Below the pieces are notes generated by a model, which made no database searches, was not told the origin of the DNA, and worked only from the letters and a program-made list of their open reading frames with translations. Shown in pieces: positions 50,690 through 62,149 of a DNA stretch of 64,000 nucleotides. Location of the stretch: assembly GCF_006345805.1 (NCBI RefSeq), contig NC_043001.1, positions 73,904,001-73,968,000 of the forward strand, in the 5' to 3' direction. The DNA comes from Octopus sinensis. Its lineage: Eukaryota. The position numbers and the translations under genes are program-made. The number at the start of each line of letters is the position of its first letter. Within the stretch, counting starts at the first letter, position 1.

Positions 50690-51660
50690 TAATAGTATAT
50701 TCAATATGCAAAGATGTCACTCCCTCTGTTCCTATCAATTACCAACCTATCAGTTTCACTTTTGACATATCAAATGTTATGAAAGTAATCATAACCCTCT
50801 CCTCCATTACTTTCAGTGGTGGAGGTCTGAGGGAAGAGCCAACCAAATATGAATAGAAGATATGTTTGTCAATGTTAAGTAGCAGTCTCAATGAACACTT
50901 TTGATCTATGATATCCAAGGGGTCCATTAGAAGGATCCATTGAAGGGTTTATGTCAGGCATAGTCAAAGGCAACAACATTGTTTTTGCTATACTAAGTAA
51001 AGCCATTTCTACTGGAGACTATTTTTCCATATCACACCAATGAAAGTCAAGAAAGTCAACCACTAATGGATGCTTGCTTTCCCTTTGAGCTCATAGATCA
51101 GAAGTGTTCATTGAGACTGCTACTTAACATTGGTAAGCTTCTTCTTCTTCTACTCATATTTGGTCGACTCCGCCCTCATATTCTATATTCTTCTTACTAT
51201 AAATTAGCAATCTTCTAACTTCACACTTATGTAGATAATACTACTCTTCACTCCTTAGAAATTCCCTACACAACTATCATGTACACAAACCTAGACATTC
51301 CACACCAGACTTGTGCATCTTTTATGTACAGAAACCTCAAGAATATCCTCCAATGGAAATATGAGAAGCTATACGATAGTCTAGTCTCTTTCAAATCACA
51401 GCAAGACACAATGACTACGCATATCACGGAAACAATCTTGCAAAGCTACGCCTTCCCTACTTATAAACAATACACAGCTAAAACAGTAAAACTGTCTATA
51501 AATGTTAAACCTCATCTTTCATAGTGACCAAACATGCATAACATCAACAAAATTGCATTTCAAAGGCTAGGCTTCCTCTTTACAGCCGGATAGTACTTCA
51601 ACTGCTGATCCTCCACAAAGCTCAAGTGTGGCTAACATTGAACATACTGTTCACACATTA
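50690..51660. mobile_element. Decayed CR1/Jockey-like LINE RT fragment with an inverted duplicated segment
   Basis: The plus strand near 51540-51660 reads KIAFQRLGFLF...LILHKAQVWLTLE.YCSHI-like (CR1-type LGF..R...LYK..VRP.LEYCS.IW). The minus ORF 50739-50927 ends ITFDMSKVKLIGW (ALDISKAFD.VW-like). Inverted arms lie at 50870-50911 and 51091-51132. Confidence 0.5.
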
Positions 51661-53516
51661 ACATCCTTGACTACATAAAAATAAATCCACCTAGCTGGGT
51701 CAAAAAAATTATTCACCAATGTACTACAACCATTGGTTTGCAGATGTGATACTCTCTCTCTCTCTAGCCATTCTGTTATTATTACTCCAAACCTTAATCC
51801 TGTCAACTTGCAATATGAGCATCATCTCCACCCACCCTATATCACTTACTCTTATCATCCTTACTTGTCTCAATTTCAAACTTAATACTAGAACTCTCTC
51901 TCTCTCTCTCTCTCCCCCAACATATTTTCCCAATGGTCAATAATCTGCATGAGTTCAGCTTCATACTGGGAAAATCTACAATGGTTTGAGTGCTGTTCAT
52001 CTTCTGAATTGTAGTAGTAATACTTTTCTAATTTTGACGTAAGGCCAGCAATTTCAATGGGATAGGGGTCAAGTGGATTACACTAAGCCCTATACTTGAC
52101 TGATTCTTTTTTTTTTTTTTTTTTTTACTGTTCCTGAAAGAATGAAAGGCAAAAGTTGATTTAAGTTTTGTGTTCAAATCCTGACTTCAGCCTCACATTG
52201 AGATCGTTTGTGAAATACTTTTAAGTATATAAGACAATCTAAACAGACAAAACTCATTCTTTAGCTTCACTTTGATTAGTGTCAAGATGTATATACAGTC
52301 AGAACATGTCTGTCTTGGAATGATGTAAGCATATGAATTTGTAGAGCTATGCAACTTACTATGCCAGCGAAGAGATATTGCTTCAAAACTTCAAAAACTT
52401 TGTAGTGGAGAAGAAATAGAAAAATATTAAATTTCAAATTTCTGTTGGTGGTATTAATTAATCTTTGGGTTGATTTAATATAATTAGAAATATGATTTCT
52501 AAAATCCACTATCAGATTTTTCATTCAATGACAAATCAGCATTATTGCTTCACCCCCCACCCCCACCCACCCACACACACACTTCTGTTTGGATTCCATT
52601 TCCATAACTTCAGTTATCAGAATGCATCAGGCAATGCTGCCATTTCATGTTTAGCACATTTGGTACCACATTTCTGTTGAAATAGATTACCTTTCACTTA
52701 GTTTTTGAAAAATAATGGAGAATTTAGTAAAATAATTTTGTCATTATTAATCTGGTGTTTGGGGCATAAATGAGTGTGTTATTTATTCTGATGCAAAGTT
52801 ATAACTTAGATCACTTTAAGATATAATGCTTGTACCATATATTCAGGAGCAGTCTCAAGTGGGTTGACATCAAAAGAGTCAGTCAATATCTATTCATTAA
52901 CAATCAGTAGAACTAAAATGACTTTAGATATTAATTAGTGATGAGCTGGCAAAAACATAAATATACAAATTAGGTATCCACTACAATGCTAGCTTAATTC
53001 ATGACTGCTTTATTAGCAGCTGATCTGTACTGTTGATTGGAGAAGGAAACTGGGTATGTCATCTGAAAAGAGGCCAACAAATCTCAGAAGGAGACTGTCT
53101 CCCTCTTTTTTCAAGGCATACAAAGATATGTTTACGTTTTTATTTAAACCACAATGAGGCTTTGAAATGTTTTAATGTATTTCAGAATTTTATGTTTGTC
53201 TCATTTATTGTTCCTATGTGTCACCTGTTTTATCTGCATACTTACTTGTGTTTGTGTAAATCTTAGTGGTTCACAAAATATTTTTTCTATTGTTTACAAT
53301 TATAACACACACACCCTACATACCATTCTTCATTCACAGTAGTGTAGGTAATAAATTCTCCCTCCTGTGATTCATTATTACCCAGAGCAACATTCCTGGA
53401 ATAAATACCATATAACTATACTTTTGAGTACAAACAGATATGTTTACTTTGATACCAAGGAAATTGTCTAACTTCTTCATATCTAACACATGCATGCATG
53501 CACACACACACACACA

Positions 53517-53561
<45 letters not shown>

Positions 53562-53897
53562 GTTGCTTCTACCTGACCAATTAGTATTTACTTTTCAATT
53601 AAAAACATCATTGGGCTGTAACATTTTTCATTAACCCATTTTTATACAAGCCCACACATTATTGGTAAAATAGAACAAGTTAACAAGTATCTTAAAGCAG
53701 TACTTGTTATAAATAAGAAAACTGCAGCTAAGAATCAATCATCCTATATGGATGAAATGTTCACCTTCAAAATGATCAAGAAAATAGAAAGTAGGCTTTG
53801 TATTTATTGCAAATAGTTGTCTGTCAATCTTCAACTCAGGTATTCCATAACCCACTAACAATAAGATAGTAATTCATAACATTTACTGGTACTCTAA

Positions 53898-54119
53898 CCC
53901 TTTTGATACACACCTGCCTGAGACTGCTTCTAGTTCTATGATACATACTTCCTGTTTTAAATAATCTTAATTAAAAACTTTCATAAAAATTTCATGTTAA
54001 TTTATTTTCCAAACACCAGCTTAATGATGACAGAGTTTATTTTCATAAATTCTGTATTATTTTCAAAATTAATTGGAACAAATGAAGTGTATTTCAACAG
54101 AAATATGGTCATGAAAGGG
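53898..54119 (+). mobile_element. piggyBac-like MITE family 1
   Basis: taa|cccttttgatac...gaaatatggtcatgaaaggg|ctaa: CCCTTT/AAAGGG termini with TTAA-like flanks; several copies occur in the window. Confidence 0.65.
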
Positions 54120-54294
54120 CTAATGATCTCTACTAGAAATTTATATTTGCATATAATTTCTTTCAATAATATACTGATTTCCTTACCTTTCCATTTGCTA
54201 ATACTTATTGACTGCGATCGATAAATATGGCTGGGCACCAAATCATTGGGCTAGAATGGTATTTCATATTTCTGTCCGTGTGTGTGTGTGTGTA

Positions 54295-55488
54295 CAGGGT
54301 GCTGTGAATAAATTGTCATCTAAATTACGCAAAAATGAAAATAATACTGACATTTCATTTTAACATATATATTTACCAAAATTACATAAAAATATCATGA
54401 AATACAAGAGTAAACTTATTCAATAAAATTGCCATTGGCTTCAACTACGGCCTCCAGACAGCTTTGGAATCTCCTGCAACTCTTCTGGATGGTCTCCTTG
54501 TTTAAGTTGGTGAATGCTGCCATAATCTTTGCCTTCAGTTCATCTTTGGTGTTACAAGGAATTTTGTTGGTCTCTCACTCAACTGTGCCCTACACATAAT
54601 AATCAAGGGGTTTGCAGTCTGGGGAGTTAGGTGGCCAGATGTTAGGAGTGATGTTGTTGAAGAAATTGTCTGACAGTCATGACTGGGTTCTCTTGCTTGT
54701 GTGGCATGGTGCAGAGTCCTGTTGCCATACATAGGGTTTTCCAGCAGCCACGCTCTTGACCCAGGGCAGCACTACCTCCTCCAGGCACTTGATGTAGGCC
54801 TCCATGTTGAGTCTGAGGCTGAGTGGGAAGATGAATAGAGGCATAACATTGCCATCACTAATGATCATTCCCAACACTACGATGTCGACTAGATGTTTGA
54901 TTTTTATCAATGTTTTGGAGGCATAGCAATCCAATGGATGTTCTGTGTAGTCACCATCAATGTTAATTTTTTGTCTGAGAAAAACCAAAGTAGGTTTGGT
55001 CAGATGGGATGAAGAATACTGAATATCTTCATGCACTACTTGCCTGATAAGTAACTCAGGCACTCTCATGTCCCTGGTAACAGACCTGATTGACTTTGAG
55101 GGATTGTTGTCCATCAAGGCCTGGATCTCACCAACAAATTCAGGAGTTCTTTTCTTATTAGAACAATCAGAGTGAGTTTTCTGAGCTGCCATACCTTCGT
55201 AACCACCATTAGGCTCATCCAACTCTTTCCGAATCCTCTGCACTGTCCCCAGATTGACACCCAAACACTCTAAAATGTTCATATTGGAGCTTCCGGTGCA
55301 AATGCCAAGCAGTACAGCATGTTGTTTCTAAATATCTGGCAGATTGAATTATGTCATAGTGCTGTTTTTCTTGCAGACGGTGCCCAAATGACTCTGCTAT
55401 ACTATGCAGTTAATAAAATAAAAAGCAAACAATGCGCATGTGCAAAATTAAAAATATAAAATGGTGACAATTTACCCATCACACCCTG
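54295..55488 (-). mobile_element. maT (DD37D) Tc1/mariner transposon with both TIRs and a pseudogenised transposase
   Basis: TA|CAGGGTGCTGTGAATAAATTGTCA...TGACAATTTACCCATCACACCCTG|TA. The minus frame reads WQQDSAPCHTSKRTQS*LSDNFFNNITPNIWPPNSPDCKPLDY, with 37 residues between the two Asp. It ends ...LEAVVEANGNFIE*. Confidence 0.88.
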
Positions 55489-55522
<34 letters not shown>

Positions 55523-56091
55523 ATATATAATATATATATGTATATACTCTTGACTTCAAACATTGTAAGTTGTGGAGATCCCTTTAAGCCTTTAGTCTTG
55601 CAAGTTGTAAGGTACCTTACAAGTGCTGTTGCTATGAAAAAGGGCACTTTGTATAGTCTGTTAAATTGTTGGCATTAGGAAGGGCATCCAGCCATAGAAA
55701 CCATGCTAAATCAAACATTGGGGCATGATGCAGTCACCTGACTTACCAGAACCTGTTGAACTGTATACCTGCTGCCAGCATAGAAAAGTGATGATGGTGA
55801 TCAAGTAACTTTGTTAATTCTCCTTCCCCTTTGAAACTAATAAAGATAATGGCAAACAGGTAAAATGAGGTGAGTTTAATGAACTATAGCCATATCCTAT
55901 AAATCTATAGCCTTCTGTCAATAAGTTATTGATTTTAAAATGTCATGGTTAAATCTGGGAAGAAGTTATGCTGATACAATTAGATATATACATTTATCTT
56001 CATAAGCCAAAACGAAACTGACATTAATGACATCTTTTGAAAAAAAGGTGATTTTTTTTTCACAAGTTTTCTTATTTCATTTTATTCTTCA

Positions 56092-56508
56092 CTAGCAGTA
56101 TAGCCTGGCGTTACTCGGGTTTGTTTTTTAGTTGCGCTTAAAACGGCAGACTTTGATGTTGTGTTAACAAAGTTTTGACTTAGTTTCAATCTTTTTTTAA
56201 AGATTACATTATGTAGCTTCTCTTTAAGTGAACATTTTTCTGGTTGAAATACACCAAAAAATGGCAACACAGCAGTCAAAAAATCATAAAAAATAGGGAT
56301 TTTCATAGAAAAAAAAGCACCTTTTTGATGTAAATAATTTTTGGTGTTAACATGGCCCGATTTGAATTTTTTCTTCTACGGAATGAAGAGCAAGCCTTCT
56401 ATCATACTCTCAATTTTGGTCAACTTGTGCCGCAGGGTCTCAGAGGAGATAGTGTTAGTTGAAGGCTACCAAACCTGCCACACACACAACTTCAGCTTTA
56501 TATGTAAA
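56092..56508 (-). mobile_element. Non-autonomous Helitron (family A-related)
   Basis: The minus strand ends cccgagtaacgccaggctatactgCTAG|T, the same hairpin and terminus as 39386. The 5' end is tatataaagctgaagttgtgtgtg-like. Confidence 0.7.
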
Positions 56509-56744
56509 CATATAAATTCAAGTGGAATGAAAAAGAAAACCATCATTATGAAAATTGTTTATATAATTTTTGGTGCAGATGGTTTTCTTGCTTTTCTCCA
56601 TTTGTTGTATCAAGTTCATTGTATCTTTTTGGATAAACATGTCAGAGGTAGACAAGCATCTCACAGGTTTACCAGATCCAGAATTACTTAACTTTCAATT
56701 TATTTGTTTGTTAATTTATTTTATTTATTTTCTTCTTCTTGCAG

Positions 56745-56860
56745 CTGGTTCTTATGTTGCACTCACATTACTGGGGAAATCTCAAGGACAGATAAAAGCT
56801 ATGGAGTCTAAAGAGAATTCCAGTTCAAGTCACCGTATAACTGCTCCACGCCCTGTTGAT
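56745..56860 (+). CDS. ARHGEF11/ARHGEF12: Internal coding exon of a PDZ-RhoGEF/LARG (RhoGEF2)-like Rho guanine nucleotide exchange factor: last PDZ strand plus linker
   Basis: Long polypyrimidine tract ending ttcttcttgcag|CTGGT and donor GTTGAT|gtaagt; 116 nt, phase 1 to phase 0. It translates (x)GSYVALTLLGKSQGQIKAMESKENSSSSHRITAPRPVD. As recalled, human ARHGEF12 has KSGSYVALTVQG and ARHGEF11 has SGAYVALTLLG...RITGPKP at the same place. Orthology to 11 versus 12 cannot be resolved. Confidence 0.88.
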
Positions 56861-57308
56861 GTAAGTTAATTTACTTGGTAGCTTCTAATTATTTGTGTGT
56901 GTGTCTCTCTATATATATCCAATATTTCTTAATCTACTCCACACCTAAATTAATATTTGAATTCTTCATGTCTAGTTAATGATATTATAGCTCTGGGCTG
57001 ACTAATGACTTGAGAGTGAATTTGGTAGACAGAAACTCTGTGGAAGTCTGTCATAAATGTGTGTCTTTGTCCCCTCCCCCTACTATTTGCTTTGTTTATA
57101 TCCCCATAACTTAGTGGTCCAGCAGAAGAAACCAACAGAATCCATTCCATACTTTAAAAAAAATAAGTACCAGGGTCATTTTATTCAGCTAAACCTTTCA
57201 TGGTGGTGCCCCAGCATGACTGCAATCCAATGACTGAAACAAGTAAAAGATAAAAGAAGAAAGGTCTCACAATATTTATGTATTTGCTAAAATTGTACAT
57301 AGGTCTGT

Positions 57309-57625
57309 AGCAGGGCTGGCCGGCCTGAGGCCTGCAGCCTGCAGACTTTTATCGTGATACTTTCTTGAAATGGATTTATTTAAACAAATATTTTTAAAAA
57401 TCTTATCAGAAATTAAAGATTGTAATGAAAAGTACAAAAAAAAAAAGATACTACTGTTTTTGCTATGATAATATTTCATATTGAATCAACAATCATACAT
57501 TCATTATTGTAATAATATCATGAGAAAACAAAATGCTTTCAATTCTGTCAGTATACAAGCGGCCCTCAAAAAACTTTCACTGATTAAAGTAGCCTGCAAT
57601 GTAATTCGAGTTGGCCAGGTCTGGT
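57309..57625. mobile_element. Possible hAT-like MITE
   Basis: cagggctggcc...ggccctcaaaaaac...gttggccaggtctg gives imperfect terminal inverted repeats. Confidence 0.35.
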
Positions 57626-58710
57626 CTATGGTATGTTTTTATGTATTAGTCAAAAGAGGAGTGGTTAGTGTTCATGGCTTCAGCAGGTCCTCCCTCATTG
57701 TTGAAGATGTTTTCTATAAGTAAAAAAAATACTCTTGGCAAGTTTGTTACTACTTGAAGATTTGTTTCCAGTAGAAAAGACTTGTTTTTCACAGTGAGTT
57801 TGTTAGTATTTAAAGATTTCTTTTTTCCAGTAGATAAGGGTAAATTATCCACGTACTTCAAGGTCCTCTCAGATGTGTCCTTACCACTATTTTGTCTCTT
57901 TTCTGCTCCATCCATATCACCCTCTCACTTGGAATGTAAGTAGTGACATAATCTGTTTACAGCAAGAAATCTGTTAAGTTTTAGCCCATTCTCTTGTACT
58001 TTAAACCCCTCATCTCCTAGCATAAAGCTACTTCTCTTTGGGATTTATAGTTTTGCAAGCTCCATGGCAACTTCACTTGTGCTGGTGGCATGAAAAAAGC
58101 ACCCAGTACACTATGTAAAGTAGGTGGTCTTAGGAAGGGCATCCAGCCATAAAAACTGTAATAAAGTAGGTAGTTGAGCCCTATGCACTCCTTAGACCTG
58201 TCAGATCTTGTCAAAACCCCCTAACCCATGCCAGCATAGAATGTGGACATTAAATAATGATGATGGGGGATACTGCTGCTGTTACTGGCAATGATAATTA
58301 TGATGTTTCTGTTAGCGTATTACAGTTCTGTTTGTTTACCTTGGATTCAAAATGTTTCTTCCACATCATTTTGTGTAGTTGACCAGATCTAACATTTCCA
58401 GAGAACAATTCAAACAACTTTACAAGTTGACGACCTACAAGATAAACTGGTGGTAAAAACTAGATAATGTTTCTTTTTGAATCAGGTGAAAATGATTAGG
58501 TTCTTGATGGTTGTGGGAAAGAAGAAATGTGAAATAATCAGCATAATTGTTTGCTTATCACCAAGGTATCATTTTCTTGAGACAAAGTCAATCCAGCTTT
58601 GAAAATTGCTTCACAAAAATAGTTGTGAACATATTAAGGCTTATGAAATGAAATGCATATGAATTTTGTATTTGAAAGGTTCTGGGCATAGAAATTCCTA
58701 AATACATTAA

Positions 58711-59232
58711 CCCTTTGACATTCAGATTACTTTATCAAATATCAAGCTTATATATTCACATTTGTTTTGAATTAATCAATCATTATTGTTTAGGTGTGAA
58801 GGCTCAGTGGTTAGAGCGTCGAGCTTATGATTGTGAGGTTGTGAGCTTGAATCTTGGACCGGGCTGCGTGTTGAGCAAGACACTTTATTTCATGTTGTTG
58901 CAACGTCACATGTGCCAAGCTGCATTGACCTTTGCCTTTCCCTTGGATAACACTGGTGGTGTGAAGAGGGGAGGCCGGTAAGCATGGGCGACTGCTGGTC
59001 TTCCATAAACAACCTTGCCTGGACCTGTGCTTGGGAGAGTTACTTTCTAGGTGCAATCCCATGGTCAGTCATAACCGAAGGGGACCTCAGAGATTCTTTG
59101 GGTGTGAGATTTCAGTGATATGGTTGTTTATTTTTAGAATAACGTTGTAGGGCAGGTATGAAAGGCCAGATTTGGTCAGTTTGAATGTAAAACAGAATAT
59201 TGAGGCTGAATATGGCTGATTATGTTAAAGAG
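58711..59232 (+). mobile_element. piggyBac-like MITE family 2 with a nested SINE family B (about 58795-59090)
   Basis: ttaa|ccctttgacattcagatt...[ggctcagtggttagagcgtcgagc...gagcaagacactttatttc]...gtttatttttagaataac...aaagag|ttaa; the halves match 27514-27733. Confidence 0.65.
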
Positions 59233-60968
59233 TTAAAATAACTTTAAACATAACTGGAAAGAATACTAGATTCTTCAAGCCTTATAAATGTTCACAGCAT
59301 GTAGTATATGTGCTGTATGAATGCCAAAAGAAATGCATTTGTATCAACCATAATTTCCACACATTGAGAAAAAAACACAAACAAATATCCTAACTCTTAG
59401 AGTAAATATAGTCTGTTTGTTTCCTCAAAGTTATCAGATTCATTTTCATGTTCTGAAAATGAAAATGCAATCATCTGAATGTAATGTAGGCATAAATTAG
59501 AAATGACATATCAGTTTTGTAGCTTTGTATCCAAAATCTAAGTTGTAGAAAATATCTTAATGTTGGCATATCCAAGAGTGAATCTCTGTTGTTGCTGTTT
59601 ACATTGGTGAGAGGTGGTTGAGCACCATTTACAAATATTTTACCTTTAGCAGACTCTTCATTCTTTTTGCCAATGTTGGCAGCAAGTATGGTGTTATCAA
59701 CATTAGTATTTGGTTGGTCTGATTCCAACTACTTACGATATTTACAACTAGTATTTCCATTCAAATTATTTACCAGAAATTTTTCTTCTTCTTTCTTCCC
59801 CCCCCCCACTTTCTTTGTAAGTTCCTCATTTTCTGTGTTTTTATTTGTAAGATATCCACGAAAATGTATGTTCTGATAGTCAAGTTCACTTTTCTTCTGG
59901 GTCTAGTTGAAGGATCATTTTTTTTTTTTTTTAAGTTTAAAAAGTCAAATTACTTGAGCTGAATTCATTCATAGCATGAACAACCATAGCTGCCACTTTT
60001 CAACACTTTCTACCATTTTTCAAATAAGTATCACTCATTTGAAGCTATGTGTTTTTGGCATTTGTAAACAACTTGATGTATCTTACAAAGCTCTTCTACA
60101 AATTCTTTTACATGCCCTCTTTTTTTCAGCTGTTTGTCAAAGCTGAGCCGTTGCTGCCTTCTGAATTTTGATTTAAAAAATACTTTTCTGTTATTGTTAT
60201 TGGTGTATTTTTGAGTTCTAGCCAAATAAATTTTTTAGTTGAGAAAAAAATTTCCAACTAAGATTTTCAAATTCATTGTGTGAAGCAATAAATAGGATTA
60301 TGTATCATATTTATTGCAAATGGCTGCCAGTCTTCAACTAAGGGATCACAAAGTGAATCAAGACCAGAAGTAGCAATTTGTAATATTCAGTGGTGCTTTA
60401 AACATTCAGTCTTTCCTGTGCAACAGCGCTCAACATAAAAATAGTGTTAAATATGGTAACCAGGAAGGAAACCAGTCACCTTGTGTATCTAATTTTGAGT
60501 GGGTTTATCATGAGAAAAAAAACAAACAAAAAACACTTCAGTATTTTTGTAAAATGTTTTACTCATTTCAAGTGTAATAATTATTCAGCTTTCACTTGGA
60601 TAGTACATATACAGTGTCTGTTTTGAAAATATATAAGGTATTAAATGAAGGCTGTATTGGCATCTGCTGGGATAGAAAGGTTTTACAAGTAAACTTCAAT
60701 ACTCTTAGATTTTTTTTACCTTCATTGTTTCAATATGTTCAAGAATTAACATTTGGGTTTGAAAAGTAAAGATGAATAATTTATTTGTTTAATTTTGGAC
60801 CTCAGTGTCAGTACATATTTCCTGAATTTATGTTATTTCTTGTTTCTGGAAAGTAGTAAGAAAGATATCCCTTGCTACAGCATTCTCTGTTGTCTTTTCA
60901 AAAGTGTAATCCCAGCTCCACTAACATGCATTATTATGTCATTAGTCTGACGTCCACTTACACTGCTG

Positions 60969-61005
<37 letters not shown>

Positions 61006-61554
61006 TCTAGTTGTGCATATAAAAAAATGTCACCTTTGTTAGACTGTGATATTGACTCACATCATGCACATCTAAGTCTTGGTTGTGGAGTGTCTGGTTA
61101 AAAGAAAACATGAAATAATTCTCAGTTTCCACAGACATACTTGCATACTATTCTCTTCAAGAAACATGTAATTAATTTCAGAAATTTTTGATGTTTTTCC
61201 AACTGGTTCTAATTGATATCCAACCCTTTAGTTTATTAGATTACATTAAAGATCATATACGGCTTGATATTTTTCCAACATTTTTACTACTTTATGTACT
61301 ACAGAAGCAAAGTAGGGATATTTGTTGCTCTATTGTTTTATTTAACCAATATTTTGCAAATTGGACAAGAGCAAAGGAAAATTTTTTTTTGTTTGGTTAT
61401 TATTCATAATTGCTTTTAGGATAAATATTGCTTAGTAATTTCAGCATTCATACTAAATTTCTACTTTCACACTCCACTAGTTCATTAGTAGAGTTTTCTT
61501 ATTGACTAACTTTTGGGAACTCAAGATTTTATCATTATTTACCCCTACTTTAAG

Positions 61555-61770
61555 GCGTCGAGCTGGCTGAAACATTAGCACGCTGGGCAAAATGCTTAGT
61601 GATATTTTGTTTATCTTTACGTTCTGAGTTCAAATTCTGTTGAGCTCAGCTTTGCCTTTCATCCTTTCAGGGTTGATAAATTAAGTACCAGTTGCATACT
61701 GGGGTAAATCTAATCAACTGGCTCTCTCCCCCAAAATTTTGGGTCTTGTGCCTAGAGTAGAAAAGATTAT
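61555..61770 (+). mobile_element. SINE family C
   Basis: ggcgtcgagctggctgaaacattagcacgctgggcaaaatgcttag...gagttcaaattc...gcctttcatcctttcagggttgataaattaagtaccag. Confidence 0.78.
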
Positions 61771-61789
61771 TTACTCCTACTTTACATTA

Positions 61790-62140
61790 ATCTTTTTATC
61801 TCTTACTTGTTTCATTCATTGGACTGCAGCCATTCTGGGGCACCACTCTAAAGGGTTTAGTTAAAGAAACGTTGTACTTATTTTATTAGTCTGGTACTTT
61901 TTCTGTCAATCTGTTTTGCTGAACCATTAAGTTACAGGGATTTAAACAAATCAATAACAGTTGTCAAACAGTGCCAGGTGACAAAGATGCAAACACTTAT
62001 ATAAATGTGTACACACACACGCACACACATACACACACACATGATGGGCTTCCATACATTTTCCATGTGCAAATTCATTCAACAAGGCATAAGTCAACCT
62101 GGAGCTATAGTAGAAGACTCTTGCCCAAGGTGCCTGTAAT
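61790..62140 (-). mobile_element. SINE family A (reverse)
   Basis: cattggactgcagccattctggggcacc...gctatagtagaagactcttgcccaaggtgcc. Confidence 0.65.
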
Positions 62141-62149
62141 GTATAACCA

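Noticed and set aside
56581-56649. ggtgcag|ATGG...CAGAG|gtagac candidate exon just upstream of the real exon
   Set aside because: The donor is weak and none of the frames resembles the PDZ segment expected here.
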